Positions 42,552 to 52,253 are shown, counted from the stretch's first letter. The stretch is 52,479 bases of DNA from an uncultured bacterium (GCA_937937315.1 CALDCK010000210.1:1-52479), one strand, 5' to 3'. The notes: generated from the letters alone by a model not told the origin. Made by a program: numbers and translations.

Positions 42552-44142
42552 AGCTCCCCACCGTCTCGCCCGGTCCGTAGCCCTCGCGAAGGAAGCGCAG
42601 GAGCCTGGGGAAGCGCGCGAGCATCGTGCGACTGTCGAGCTCGTTGCCGGTCGTGCCCGAGTGCACGTCGCCGGCCTCCACCAGGATCGCCGCCGGCGGA
42701 TCGCTCTCGAGTTCCGCCATCAGGGCGGGCCGCCCACGCGTGCGGTACCAGGCAGCACGCTGGGGCGCGTTATAGACGAAGCGACTCGCCGGGCGCCGCT
42801 CCGCAAGCCCGTAGAGCATCGGCTGGAAGCCCCACACGTAGATGGCGTCGTCGGGCTCCGTGTGGGCCGCGACCCAGGCCGCCACACGGTGCGTCTCCCG
42901 GTTGCTCGCGCGCCCATCGTCGACCCCGCGCGCCCGCTCGAGGAAGCCGCCGGGAATCGGCTCCTTGAGGCCGTTCGCGTTCGCGAGCAGGACGATCGCC
43001 GCGACCAGGGCGATCACGCCAGCTCCCACACGCTCTCCGACGCAGACGAGCTTGAAGAGTCCCCAGCCGGCGAGCAGCGCCAGCAGGGGAACGGCGGCGC
43101 CGTAGTGGTAGGCGAAGAACCGGCCCTGGAGGGCCACCCCCGCCAGCACGAAGGCCAGGACGCCGAGCACGTGCAGGGCGCCTTCGCGCTCACGCGGATG
43201 CAGCGGAGGCAGGGCGAAGAGGAGCAGGAGCCCCAAAGGATTGAGCAGCGAGAAGCGGAAGAACAGGAACTCGACGGCGCGGAACGCGAACACCAGCAGG
43301 TCGCCGGTGCGGTAGTTCAGCTTCGTGTACTCGGGCGTGAAGACGAAGAGCGCATCCATCAGCGCCGGGATCGCACCCCGCAGTCCGAGATAGGCACCGA
43401 GCACGAGCAGGGGCGCGAGGGCGCCGGCGCCGAAGGCCAGGATCGGCCCCCGGAGTGCCCGCGCCCGCTGCGGGGGCGGGGCCTGGCGCCACTCGCTGCG
43501 CAGCACGAGGCCCAGGCTCACGAGGAGTCCGCCTCCGAGGGGTGGCTTCATGAGGGCGGCCAGGACATACAGGGCGCCGGCCCCAGCCCAGGCGAGCCAG
43601 CGCCGACGGCGCGAGGAGGGATCGCCGCTGCCGGCGGGATGCGTGGCCAGCACCAGCGCCCAGGCGAGGAGCACCGCACCGAAGCTCTCGGGCTGACCGG
43701 TATGCCAGAAGCCGAGCCAGACGTGACCCGTGATGGCGAGGGCCGCGCCGAGGAGCCCCGGCCCCAGCAGGCCGGTGAAGCGGCGCGAGAAGAGACCGAA
43801 CGCCACGCCCAGGGACACCAGGGCGAGGGCCTCCAGGATCCTCGCGGCGGCCATCCCCTCGCCGAAGAGCGAGCGCGCCAGGGAGTAGACGAAGAAGATC
43901 CCCGGCGGCTTGAAGTCCCAGGCGTCCCGGTAGGGGACGCCCCCGGCGTGCATCACGTCGGCGACGGCGCCGTAGATGCCCTGGTCGAGGCCGTACTCGA
44001 AGCCGAGCAGCCGCCCCAGCAGCCAGGCAGCTCCCGTCAGCGCGAGTCCGACGACGACGGCAGCTCCGCCCCGCGCCACGGCGGTGTGCGGGGCGCGAAA
44101 CGCCGCCGCGTCCTGGCTCGATTCCGGGCGCACGGGTGACAT
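42487..44142 (-). CDS. GT-C-type (ArnT/PMT_2-like) membrane glycosyltransferase
   Basis: The first loop reads GVPYRDAWDFKPPGIFFVY. There are about 12 TM helices and a C-terminal soluble domain. An alternative GTG start is at 44079. Confidence 0.6.
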   Translation of the reverse strand: MSPVRPESSQDAAAFRAPHTAVARGGAAVVVGLALTGAAWLLGRLLGFEYGLDQGIYGAVADVMHAGGVPYRDAWDFKPPGIFFVYSLARSLFGEGMAAARILEALALVSLGVAFGLFSRRFTGLLGPGLLGAALAITGHVWLGFWHTGQPESFGAVLLAWALVLATHPAGSGDPSSRRRRWLAWAGAGALYVLAALMKPPLGGGLLVSLGLVLRSEWRQAPPPQRARALRGPILAFGAGALAPLLVLGAYLGLRGAIPALMDALFVFTPEYTKLNYRTGDLLVFAFRAVEFLFFRFSLLNPLGLLLLFALPPLHPREREGALHVLGVLAFVLAGVALQGRFFAYHYGAAVPLLALLAGWGLFKLVCVGERVGAGVIALVAAIVLLANANGLKEPIPGGFLERARGVDDGRASNRETHRVAAWVAAHTEPDDAIYVWGFQPMLYGLAERRPASRFVYNAPQRAAWYRTRGRPALMAELESDPPAAILVEAGDVHSGTTGNELDSRTMLARFPRLLRFLREGYGPGETVGSFTIHLRKASRGAPPAPPSDRE

Positions 44143-44173
44143 GATAGGCTCCGCCCCAGCCTCTGCGCCGCCG

Positions 44174-46012
44174 ATGTCGGATCTCCTGGCCCACCTCTTC
44201 GCCCTGGGCTCTTTGGCTGCGGCCTTCGGGCTCAGCGGCTACGCACTCGAGCGCGTCCTCTTCCGTCGCGCCCGGCTGGGCGACCTGCGCCCGCTGGCCC
44301 GGGCGGCGCTGGGGGTCCTGGCCTGGATGCTCGGCCTGTTCGGCCTGGCCGCCGCCGGCCTGCTGGCCCCCGGCTGGATCCTCGGCCTGGCGCTCGCGAG
44401 CGTCCTCGCTGCAGCGATCGCCCGCCGGTGTTGGGGGGGAGACCCCGGCGACGGCGACGCCGGAGCCGTCTTTGCCGGCGCGGCACTGGTCTTCACCTCA
44501 CCCTTCCTCGTGCTGGCCCTGCGGCCCGAGGTCTCCTGGGACGCCAGCGCCTACCACCTCACCCTGGCGAAGCGCTACCTGGCGGCCGGCGGCTTCGAGA
44601 CGGTCGACTTCAACGTCTACGCCCACTGGCCCCTGGCCACGGAGCTGCTCTACGCGGGCGCCATGGCCATCCAGGACTACACCCTCGCCAAGGCCCTGCA
44701 CTACGGCTTCGGCCTGGCCACTCTGTGGGCCGCCTACCTCGGTGCTCGTGCGCTCCACCGCGCCGAGAGCGGGTGGCTCGCCGCGCCGCTCATCCTGGCG
44801 AACCCGGTGCTCCTCTTCGAGCTCGGCATCGCCTACGTGGACCTGGCCTACGCCTTCTTCTTCCTCTGCGGCGTCCTCTTCCTCGCCAAATGGCGCAGCG
44901 CCGACGACCTCGAACGGGCGCCCCTGTGGCTGGCGGGGCTCTGCGGCGGCGCCCTCGCGGGCCTCAAGGTGACCGGGATCCTCGGCGCCGCGGCCCTCGG
45001 CGTCCTCGTGCTGCCCCGGATCGTCGCGCGCCTGCGCGCCGGGAGCCCACGCACAGCCTGGAGCCACGCCCTCGCCTTCGGTCTGCCGGTGGTGCTCCTC
45101 TGGCTGCCTTGGCTCTCCAAGGCAGCCCTCGCCACCGGCAATCCGGTCTATCCCCTGCTCTACGACACGTTCGGCGGACCCGACTGGAGCGCTGCCCTCG
45201 GCGAGCAGTTCGCCCAGTGGCAGCGCTCGATCGGGATGGGACGCACCCTCGTCGACTACGCGCTGCTGCCGGTGCGCGTGATCCTTTCGGGCGGACCGGC
45301 CTACGACCACTTCGCCGGTGAGATCGGCCCCCACTGGATCGCGCTCGTGCCCCTGGCGATCGCCTTCCATCGCCTGCCCCTCGCGCGCAGTGCGCTCGCC
45401 GCAGCGGGCGTCTACTTCGTCCTGTGGTCCGTCGGGTCCCAACAGATGCGCTTCCTCATCCCGCTGTTGCCCCCGCTCGCGCTCGCCTCGGCCGCCGCCG
45501 TGACGGAGTGGATCACGGGATCGGCCCGGCTGGGAACGCGGCGCCGGCGGGCGCTCCAGCTGGCGCTCCTGGTCGCGGCCACGGGCTTCGCGCTGCACAT
45601 CGGGCGGCGGCCCCTGGCCCGCGCCGCCGAGACGCTGCCGATGCTGGTCCGGCAACCCGATCGCCTGCGCGCGGCGGCGCGCACGAGCGCCGACCGCTTC
45701 GTCGACACCCTCCCGGACGACGCGCGGCTTCTGCTCCTCAACACCAACCAGGGCTTCTTCCTGGAGCGCGACTACCTGGCCGACAGCTTCTTCGAGGCGT
45801 CGCAGATCGCCGACTGGCTGGGACGAGCGGGCGACGTCGACGGCGTGAGCACCGCGCTGCGGGAACGCGGCGTAACCCACGTGCTGGTCGAGCACCGCGA
45901 CTGGGGCATCGCCTGGCCCGCGAGCCTCGAGGCGCTCCTGGCGGATCCGGAGCGGCGGACGCCCCGCTTCCGCTCTCCCGACGGTCGCTTCGAGCTCTTC
46001 GAGCTACGCTGA
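44174..46012 (+). CDS. GT-C-like polytopic membrane protein with a C-terminal soluble domain
   Basis: Track ORF 43976..46012; the ATG is at 44174 (MSDLLAHLFALG..). It contains RPEVSWDASAYHLTLAKRY and many TM helices. Confidence 0.5.
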   Translation: MSDLLAHLFALGSLAAAFGLSGYALERVLFRRARLGDLRPLARAALGVLAWMLGLFGLAAAGLLAPGWILGLALASVLAAAIARRCWGGDPGDGDAGAVFAGAALVFTSPFLVLALRPEVSWDASAYHLTLAKRYLAAGGFETVDFNVYAHWPLATELLYAGAMAIQDYTLAKALHYGFGLATLWAAYLGARALHRAESGWLAAPLILANPVLLFELGIAYVDLAYAFFFLCGVLFLAKWRSADDLERAPLWLAGLCGGALAGLKVTGILGAAALGVLVLPRIVARLRAGSPRTAWSHALAFGLPVVLLWLPWLSKAALATGNPVYPLLYDTFGGPDWSAALGEQFAQWQRSIGMGRTLVDYALLPVRVILSGGPAYDHFAGEIGPHWIALVPLAIAFHRLPLARSALAAAGVYFVLWSVGSQQMRFLIPLLPPLALASAAAVTEWITGSARLGTRRRRALQLALLVAATGFALHIGRRPLARAAETLPMLVRQPDRLRAAARTSADRFVDTLPDDARLLLLNTNQGFFLERDYLADSFFEASQIADWLGRAGDVDGVSTALRERGVTHVLVEHRDWGIAWPASLEALLADPERRTPRFRSPDGRFELFELR

Positions 46013-46017
46013 CGGGG

Positions 46018-47730
46018 ATGGCGAGCGCCCCGCCGGATCCGCCCGCAGCATCCCCTTCGCGCCACATCCACGCCGCCTTCGCCGCCCTCACCCTCGCGGC
46101 GCTCTGCTTCGGCATCTGGCGCGCCGTCGATCTGGCCTGGATCTGCGACGACGCCTTCATCTCTCTGCGCTACGCCGAGAACCTGGTCCTCGGCAACGGC
46201 CTCGTCTACAACCCGGGCGAGCGGGTCGAGGGCTACACGAATCTGCTCTGGACCCTGCTCCTCGCCGTCGCCCTGGCGAGCGGCGCGCCGGACGTGGCGA
46301 GCGCCATGGGACTCGGCATCGCCAGCTACGTAGCCGTCGCAGGGCTGCTGATCCACGCAAGTCTGCGTCGGACCCGGCGCGGCGGCGCCCCCTTCCTCCC
46401 CCTCGCGGCCCTCGTCGTGCTCGTGCTGCCGGACTTCCACGTCTGGGCCAGCGGCGGCCTCGAGACCTCGCTCTTCGCCGCCCTGGCCCTGGCGGGCCTG
46501 CTGCTGTCGCGGCGCGCTGCGCGGGACGGCCGCGGCGCACTGGCCGCGGGGGTCGTGCTCTCCCTGCTCACCCTGACCCGTCCCGACGGCCTGCTCCTGG
46601 CGGGCACCGCCGCCGCCGGGCTCCTCTGGGACGGGCGGCGACGATCCGCCGCACTGCTGCTCGCGCCGGTGGCGCTCACCGTCGTCGGGTGGTCCGCCTT
46701 GAAGCTCGCCTACTACGGAGAGCTCCTCCCCACCGCCTTCTACTCGAAGTCGGTGCTGCGACCCTACTACGCCCAGGGCGTCGTCTACCTCGGTCTCTTC
46801 CTCGCGAAGAACTGGTTCCTGACCCCGGCCGCGATCGGGATCGCCACCTGGCGGATCGCCACCGCATCCCCCCGCTCCCGGGACGCCACCGTGCTCGGCG
46901 GCAGCGCGCTCCTCTACCTCCTCTACGTCGTGCACGTCGGCGGCGACTTCATGTTCGCGCGCCGCATCGTGCCGGTGCTGCCGCTGCTGCTGCTGGCCCT
47001 GGAGGAGGTCCTCGTCGGCCTGCATCCCGAACGCGCACGCAGGATCGCGGCCCTCGCCTGCGTCGCGGCGGCGGCGCTCCCCTATCCGATCTATGGCGAC
47101 GGCAGCGCACGCATCCGCGGCGTCGCCGACGAGCGTCGCTTCTACACCGAGGGTGTCCTCGCGATGCGCCGCCAGCAGGCCGACGTCGTCGGACGTGCGC
47201 TCGCGGACGCCCCGGTCCGGGTCGTGTTCGAGGGAGGCATGTGCGTGTTCGGCTACTACAGCGGGCTGCCCTACCTGGCGGAGATGAGCGGACTCACCCA
47301 ATACTCCCTGGCGAAGCTGCCCCTCGAGCGACGCGGCTGGATCGGTCACGAGAAGCGCGCCAGCGACGTGTGGCTCGCCGAGAACGACATCCATCTGATC
47401 GTGAGCCAGCACTACCCGCCGGTTCCGGCACCGGCGGACCCCCCGCCCGTCGATCTCGTCTACTTCGGCGATACCGCGGTCGCGCGAATCACGCGCTACG
47501 ACCCCGCGGTGATGGAGGTGCTGGGTCGGGACCCGACCGTGTCCTTCGTTCCGATCGAGCGCACCCTCGAGCGCAAGCGCCGAGAGATCGAGCGCGTCTC
47601 CGCCGAGCGCGCCGAGAAGATCCTGGCCTGGCTCGAGGGCTTCTATCTCCACGGCGCCGGCGACCGGGCCCGCGGCGTGGCGGAGGAGCTGCGCGCTCTG
47701 GTGAAGGCGAAGCGCCGCTCAGGAAGCTGA
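46018..47730 (+). CDS. GT-C-like polytopic membrane protein
   Basis: Track ORF 45424..47730. ATG 46018 lies 5 nt after the previous stop. The first-loop acidic motif is ICDDAFISLRYAENLVLGNGLVYNPGERVEGYTNLLW. Confidence 0.5.
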   Translation: MASAPPDPPAASPSRHIHAAFAALTLAALCFGIWRAVDLAWICDDAFISLRYAENLVLGNGLVYNPGERVEGYTNLLWTLLLAVALASGAPDVASAMGLGIASYVAVAGLLIHASLRRTRRGGAPFLPLAALVVLVLPDFHVWASGGLETSLFAALALAGLLLSRRAARDGRGALAAGVVLSLLTLTRPDGLLLAGTAAAGLLWDGRRRSAALLLAPVALTVVGWSALKLAYYGELLPTAFYSKSVLRPYYAQGVVYLGLFLAKNWFLTPAAIGIATWRIATASPRSRDATVLGGSALLYLLYVVHVGGDFMFARRIVPVLPLLLLALEEVLVGLHPERARRIAALACVAAAALPYPIYGDGSARIRGVADERRFYTEGVLAMRRQQADVVGRALADAPVRVVFEGGMCVFGYYSGLPYLAEMSGLTQYSLAKLPLERRGWIGHEKRASDVWLAENDIHLIVSQHYPPVPAPADPPPVDLVYFGDTAVARITRYDPAVMEVLGRDPTVSFVPIERTLERKRREIERVSAERAEKILAWLEGFYLHGAGDRARGVAEELRALVKAKRRSGS

Positions 47731-48966
47731 GCCGGCGCCCGACAGCCCGAGGCGCTGAAGGACGGGCCGCATGGTGAGCCCCTGCACCGCGATCGAGAAC
47801 ACCACCACGATGTAGGTCATGTCGAGAATGACCTCGTAGGCCTGGGGGTTCTCGCGGCCCAGGGTCGACTTCAAGGACAGCGCCAGCGCCACCGAGATGC
47901 CGCCGCGCAGTCCTCCCCAGGTGAGCACCTTCACCGCGTGGGGCGTGAACTCGCGAAGCCGACGCAGGGAGATCACCGGAAGCCCGACCGCCACGAAGCG
48001 GGCGGCGAGCACGATCGGAATGGCCAGGAGTCCCGCCAGGATCCGGGACCCGTCGAAGGGAATGAGCAGGAGCTCGAGACCGATCAAAACGAAGAGGACC
48101 GCGTTCAGGATCTCGTCGGCGAGGGTCCAGAACGTGTCGAGGTAGCCGCGGACCGCCGGGCCCATGGCCAGCCGACGGCCGTGGTTCCCGATGAAGAGCC
48201 CCGCCACCACCATCGCGATCGGTCCGGAGATCCCTAGCGTCCGGGCGAGGGCGTAGCCGCCCGCCACGAGGGCGAGGGAGAGCAGGATCTCCACCTCGCG
48301 ATCCTCCACCGACCGCATCATCCGATAGGTGAGGTACCCGGCCGCGAGCCCGAAGGCGGCGCCACCGAGAGTCTCGACGATGAACAGGCCGACCACTCCG
48401 GAGAGACCGTCGTGGGCGCCGTGCCCGCTGCCGAGACCGGCGGCGCCGGCCACTGCCAGGAAGAGCACGACGGCCACTCCGTCGTTGAACAGGGACTCGC
48501 CGGCGATCTTCGTCTCGAGGCTCTTCGGCACACCGAGCCTCGACAGCACCGAGAGCACCGCGATGGGATCGGTGGGAGAGATCAGCGCGCCGAAGAGCAG
48601 GCACAGGAGGAAGGGGATGCCGAGGCCGAGCAGGTCGAGGATCCACCAGATGCTGACGCCAACCACGACGGTGGAGACGATCAGCCCGATCGTCGCGAGC
48701 AACGCGATGACGCCCTTCTGCTCCGACAGATCTTCGAGGTCGACGTGCAGCGCTCCGGCGAAGAGCAGGAAGCCCAGGAAGCCGTCCATCAAGGCCTGGT
48801 CGAAGTCGATCTGGCCGACCAGCGATACGGCGACCGCCTGAACGCCCGGCATGAACCGTCCCAGCACGAGCACCGCCGTCGATGCGGCGAGGCCGATCAG
48901 AAGCAGCCCGATCGTGGAGGGCAACCGCAGAAAGCGGTGATTCAGATAGCTGAAGAGGGCCACCAC
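47719..48966 (-). CDS. Na+/H+ antiporter (CPA1, NhaP-type)
   Basis: LFGALISPTDPIAV, ESLFNDGVAVVLF and about 11 TM helices. The GTG start is uncertain because the open frame continues 14 codons upstream without an ATG/GTG/TTG. Confidence 0.8.
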   Translation of the reverse strand: MVALFSYLNHRFLRLPSTIGLLLIGLAASTAVLVLGRFMPGVQAVAVSLVGQIDFDQALMDGFLGFLLFAGALHVDLEDLSEQKGVIALLATIGLIVSTVVVGVSIWWILDLLGLGIPFLLCLLFGALISPTDPIAVLSVLSRLGVPKSLETKIAGESLFNDGVAVVLFLAVAGAAGLGSGHGAHDGLSGVVGLFIVETLGGAAFGLAAGYLTYRMMRSVEDREVEILLSLALVAGGYALARTLGISGPIAMVVAGLFIGNHGRRLAMGPAVRGYLDTFWTLADEILNAVLFVLIGLELLLIPFDGSRILAGLLAIPIVLAARFVAVGLPVISLRRLREFTPHAVKVLTWGGLRGGISVALALSLKSTLGRENPQAYEVILDMTYIVVVFSIAVQGLTMRPVLQRLGLSGAGSAS

Positions 48967-49043
48967 CGTGAGCAGTGCACCCGCGATCCCGAACCAGTCG
49001 ATGGCGTCGCCCCCCTTCGGGCGAGCCTACCTCTCGGCCAGGG

Positions 49044-50228
49044 CTAAGTCAGGCGCCGGGGGCGGGTCAGGGACAGGCCGTTCTCGCGCATGATGAGGCG
49101 CAGGTCGTCCTTCCCGAAACCCTCGAGGTCGTCGACGAAGGAGACCGGCTCGGCGAGGCCCTCGCCGTGGGGAAAGTCGGAGCCGAAGAGCATGTGATCG
49201 GCACCGATCGAGTCGCGAAGCGCCAGCAGCGGATCCTCGTAGTAGGGCGAGACCCAGACGTGACGTTGGAAGACCTCGACCGGATCCTGCTGGAACGCAA
49301 AGGGCATCTGGCCGTAGGCCTTCTTCAGCTTCGAGAGCAGGCCAGGCACCCAGCTGCTGCCGGTCTCGATCGTGGCGACGCGCAGATTGGAATGCCGATC
49401 GAAGAGCCCACCACAGATCAGCGTCGCGAGCAGGTCGTGCACCGGCTGGGCGGACATGCACAGGCGCACCGGGTCGAAGTCGAAGGCCTTGAACTCCCTG
49501 CCGAGGCCCCAGGCTTCGCTGTACTTGAGGTAGCCCGAGTCGCCGGAGTGGTAGGCGACGGTGATGCCCGCCTCGTTCACCCGCGCCCAGAAGGGGTCGA
49601 AGCGGGGGTCGGCGGGGGAGAAGCTGTCCGTCTGCGAGTGGACCGGCGCCGCCCGCATCACGATCACCCGGGCGTCGTGCTCGAGGGCCCAGTCCACCTC
49701 GGCCACGGCGGCATCGACGTCGACCAGGGTGATGTAGGGGGCCGCGAAGATCCGCTCCTGATAGGCGAAGCCCCAGTCTTCCTCGAGCCAGCGGTTGAAG
49801 GCGCGGAATGCGGCGACCAGGGCCTCGGGGTCGTGATGGAGCGACTCCTCCATGCCGACTCCCAGGGTCGGGAACATGAAGGCGCCCTCGATCTGCTGAG
49901 AATCCATCAGGGCGAGGCGCGCGTCGCGCTGGCGATAGGCGGGGTTGATGGGCTCGAGGTCGCCGAAGATCTCCCGGATGCTCTTGCCCTCGGGGTTGCG
50001 ACCGCGGAAGTAGTCGTCGAGACAGCCGGGCTTCGCCACCGGATCGAAGGTCGGGTTGGGGATGAAGCGGTTCACCTTGCCGCCGACCAGGAGGCACCGG
50101 CGGCCGTTCACGTCCGCCCACTGCATTGCGCGACGCGCCAGCTTCGGATCGATGTGCCGGGTGAAGGCGTCCTCGGCCTCGTAGTAATGGTTGTCGGCGT
50201 CGAATGTGGGGTACCCGAGCTCGCTCAC
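49044..50228 (-). CDS. amidohydrolase-2 (metal-dependent hydrolase) family protein
   Basis: Track ORF 49044..50300. GTG 50228 has GAGGAG upstream. Motifs are FDADNHYYE and FGSDFPHGEG. Confidence 0.75.
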   Translation of the reverse strand: MSELGYPTFDADNHYYEAEDAFTRHIDPKLARRAMQWADVNGRRCLLVGGKVNRFIPNPTFDPVAKPGCLDDYFRGRNPEGKSIREIFGDLEPINPAYRQRDARLALMDSQQIEGAFMFPTLGVGMEESLHHDPEALVAAFRAFNRWLEEDWGFAYQERIFAAPYITLVDVDAAVAEVDWALEHDARVIVMRAAPVHSQTDSFSPADPRFDPFWARVNEAGITVAYHSGDSGYLKYSEAWGLGREFKAFDFDPVRLCMSAQPVHDLLATLICGGLFDRHSNLRVATIETGSSWVPGLLSKLKKAYGQMPFAFQQDPVEVFQRHVWVSPYYEDPLLALRDSIGADHMLFGSDFPHGEGLAEPVSFVDDLEGFGKDDLRLIMRENGLSLTRPRRLT

Positions 50229-50306
50229 GGGTCTCTCTCCTCGTCCTCGGGGTGGGGCCAGATCTGGTTGACCAGAAGTTCGAGTTGTGGATACTATCAT
50301 TCAAAT

Positions 50307-50326
50307 CTATGAACTTCAATTCATAG
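50307..50326. promoter_or_regulatory. Perfect inverted repeat CTATGAA-N6-TTCATAG; candidate TetR operator
   Basis: It lies in the AT-rich 132-bp divergent region between the amidohydrolase and TetR genes. Confidence 0.5.
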
Positions 50327-50360
50327 TCCTCCGAGAGGACTTCCCCTCGCCCGAGGCGCC

Positions 50361-50975
50361 GTGTCCACCGAGGCCCATGTGAGCCGCACCCGGGAGCGGG
50401 TGCGCCAGGCCCGCCAGGAGGCCTACCGAGCCGCCATCCTGGAGGCCGCCGAGCAGATCTTCGCGGACCGGGGCTACGCCGCCGCGAAGGTGCAGGAGAT
50501 CGCCGAGGCCGCGGGCGTCGCCACCGGAACCGTCTACGCGATCTTCCCGGGCAAGCGCGAGCTCTACCGCGCCGTGCACCGGGTGAACCTGGAGGAGCTG
50601 GCCCGGCGCTACGGCGAGATCCCGGCCCTCGACTCCTGCCGGGAGTTGCTGCTGGCCCGGGTGGAGGTGGCGACGCGCTTCCTCACAGAGCGCCCCAACT
50701 ACCTCCGGGTCTACCTGCGGGAAGCGGGCCGCTGGGGCTTCGACGCCAGCGAGCTCCCCGCCGGCGCGACGGCCTTCGTCGACGCGGACCTCTACCGCCG
50801 CGGCGTCGCCGCGGGCGAGCTACGGGACGAGGACCCGGAGCTCCTGCAGAGCCTCGTGATGTCGGCGAATCAGGTCCACTTCTACCACTGGCTCAAGGCC
50901 GGGATGCGGGAGCCGGCGGAGGAGCTGGTGACGCGGATCCGCGCCTACCACGAACGCGCGATCTTCCGCGCCTGA
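50361..50975 (+). CDS. TetR/AcrR family transcriptional regulator
   Basis: The N-terminal HTH is ILEAAEQIFADRGYAAAKVQEIAEAAGVATGTVYAIF. GTG start. Confidence 0.85.
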   Translation: MSTEAHVSRTRERVRQARQEAYRAAILEAAEQIFADRGYAAAKVQEIAEAAGVATGTVYAIFPGKRELYRAVHRVNLEELARRYGEIPALDSCRELLLARVEVATRFLTERPNYLRVYLREAGRWGFDASELPAGATAFVDADLYRRGVAAGELRDEDPELLQSLVMSANQVHFYHWLKAGMREPAEELVTRIRAYHERAIFRA

Positions 50976-50981
50976 GGTGAG

Positions 50982-51004
50982 GCCGCCCCTCGAGCCGGGG
51001 CGGC
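50982..51004. terminator. Hairpin GCCGCCCC-TCGAGCC-GGGGCGGC between convergent genes
   Basis: An 8-bp perfect stem, 7 nt after the TetR stop and 39 nt after the ACAD stop. Confidence 0.45.
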
Positions 51005-51042
51005 GCGGATTCAGCACTTCGGCTCGGGAGCCTGCTGGATCC

Positions 51043-52251
51043 TCAGGAGGAGGGACGCGGGTCCCGGGGCAGACCCAGACCGCGCTCGCCGATGATGTTG
51101 CGCTGGATGTTCGACGCGCCGCCGGCGATCGCCGGGCCCAGGGAGAACATGTAGTTGTGCACCGCGCTGCTCACGGTCCCGCTCGTCGCGTAGATCCCGT
51201 CCCGCTCCTCGGCGGGCTCGAGCAGCCCGCCGCCGCCCACGAGGTCGTAGGTGGCCTTCGCGATCATCTGCATCACGTCGGTCGAGTAGAGCTTGATCAT
51301 CATCATGGGGAGCATGGCCTTGAGCTCCTCCCCGTGGACCGTGGCCGAGAGCATGCGCAGATTCGTGGTCTCCGCGGCCCTTACGTAGCCCTCGATCTCG
51401 GCGATGCGATCGCGAACCCCCGGGTCCTCGATCGCCGGACGTCCGTCGCGCTGCGTCGAGCGCGCGCGGGCGACCAGCAGCTCGAACTGCTCCCCCATCA
51501 GCCTCGGGCTGCCGATCAGGTTGCGCTCGTGCTTGAGGGTCGCCCGTGAAACGGCCCAGCCCTCGCCTCGCTTGCCGATGATGTTCTCGGCGGGAGTCCG
51601 CACGTCGTCGAAGAAGACCTCGTTGAACTCCATGCTTCCCGTCATCTGCTTGAGCGGGCGCACGTCGATTCCCGACGCCTTCATGTCCACGATCAGGTAG
51701 GAGATGCCCGCGTGCTTCGACGCATCGGGCTCGGTGCGGAAGAGGCCGAACATGAAGTCGGCGTGGACGGCGTTGCTGGTCCAGATCTTCTGCCCGTTGA
51801 TCACCCAGTGATCCCCATCGAGAACGGCGCTCGTCTGGATGGAAGCGAGGTCGCTGCCGGAGCCGGGCTCGCTGTAGCCCTGGCACCACTGGATCTCTCC
51901 GGAGAGCGTCGACGGGATGAAGCGCTTCTTCAGCGCCTCGCCGCCGAACTCCAGGAGAGTGGGCGCGAGCATCCCCGGGCCCTGATCCAGCTTGTTTCCC
52001 GGCGCGCCCGTCCGCGCGTACTCCTCGAGGATGATCTGGTCGGCGATGGGGTCGTGGGGCCGACCGGAGCCGCCGTACTCGCTGGGGATGTCGCGGTAGA
52101 CGTAGCCGTGCTCGATCCCGCGCTTGCGAAAGATCTGCTCCTGCTCCGCCGGCGAGCGCTTCGCCTCCTCCCCCGTGAGGGGCCAGCCCTCGAGGAAGCG
52201 ACGGAGCTCCGCACGGAAGGACTCGTACTCGTCACCGAAGGAGAGATCCAT
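51043..52251 (-). CDS. acyl-CoA dehydrogenase family protein
   Basis: Track ORF 51043..52359; the ATG is at 52251. Motifs are QGYSEPGSGSDLAS, WVINGQKIWTSNA and GGASNIQRNIIGERGLGLP. Confidence 0.85.
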   Translation of the reverse strand: MDLSFGDEYESFRAELRRFLEGWPLTGEEAKRSPAEQEQIFRKRGIEHGYVYRDIPSEYGGSGRPHDPIADQIILEEYARTGAPGNKLDQGPGMLAPTLLEFGGEALKKRFIPSTLSGEIQWCQGYSEPGSGSDLASIQTSAVLDGDHWVINGQKIWTSNAVHADFMFGLFRTEPDASKHAGISYLIVDMKASGIDVRPLKQMTGSMEFNEVFFDDVRTPAENIIGKRGEGWAVSRATLKHERNLIGSPRLMGEQFELLVARARSTQRDGRPAIEDPGVRDRIAEIEGYVRAAETTNLRMLSATVHGEELKAMLPMMMIKLYSTDVMQMIAKATYDLVGGGGLLEPAEERDGIYATSGTVSSAVHNYMFSLGPAIAGGASNIQRNIIGERGLGLPRDPRPSS

Positions 52252-52253
52252 GC

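Noticed and set aside
48967-49010. Possible N-terminal extension of the NhaP antiporter (open frame ARPKGGDAIDWFGIAGALLT upstream of GTG 48966)
   Set aside because: No ATG, GTG or TTG lies in the extension, so I kept the GTG start. The missing part of TM1 means the true start remains uncertain.
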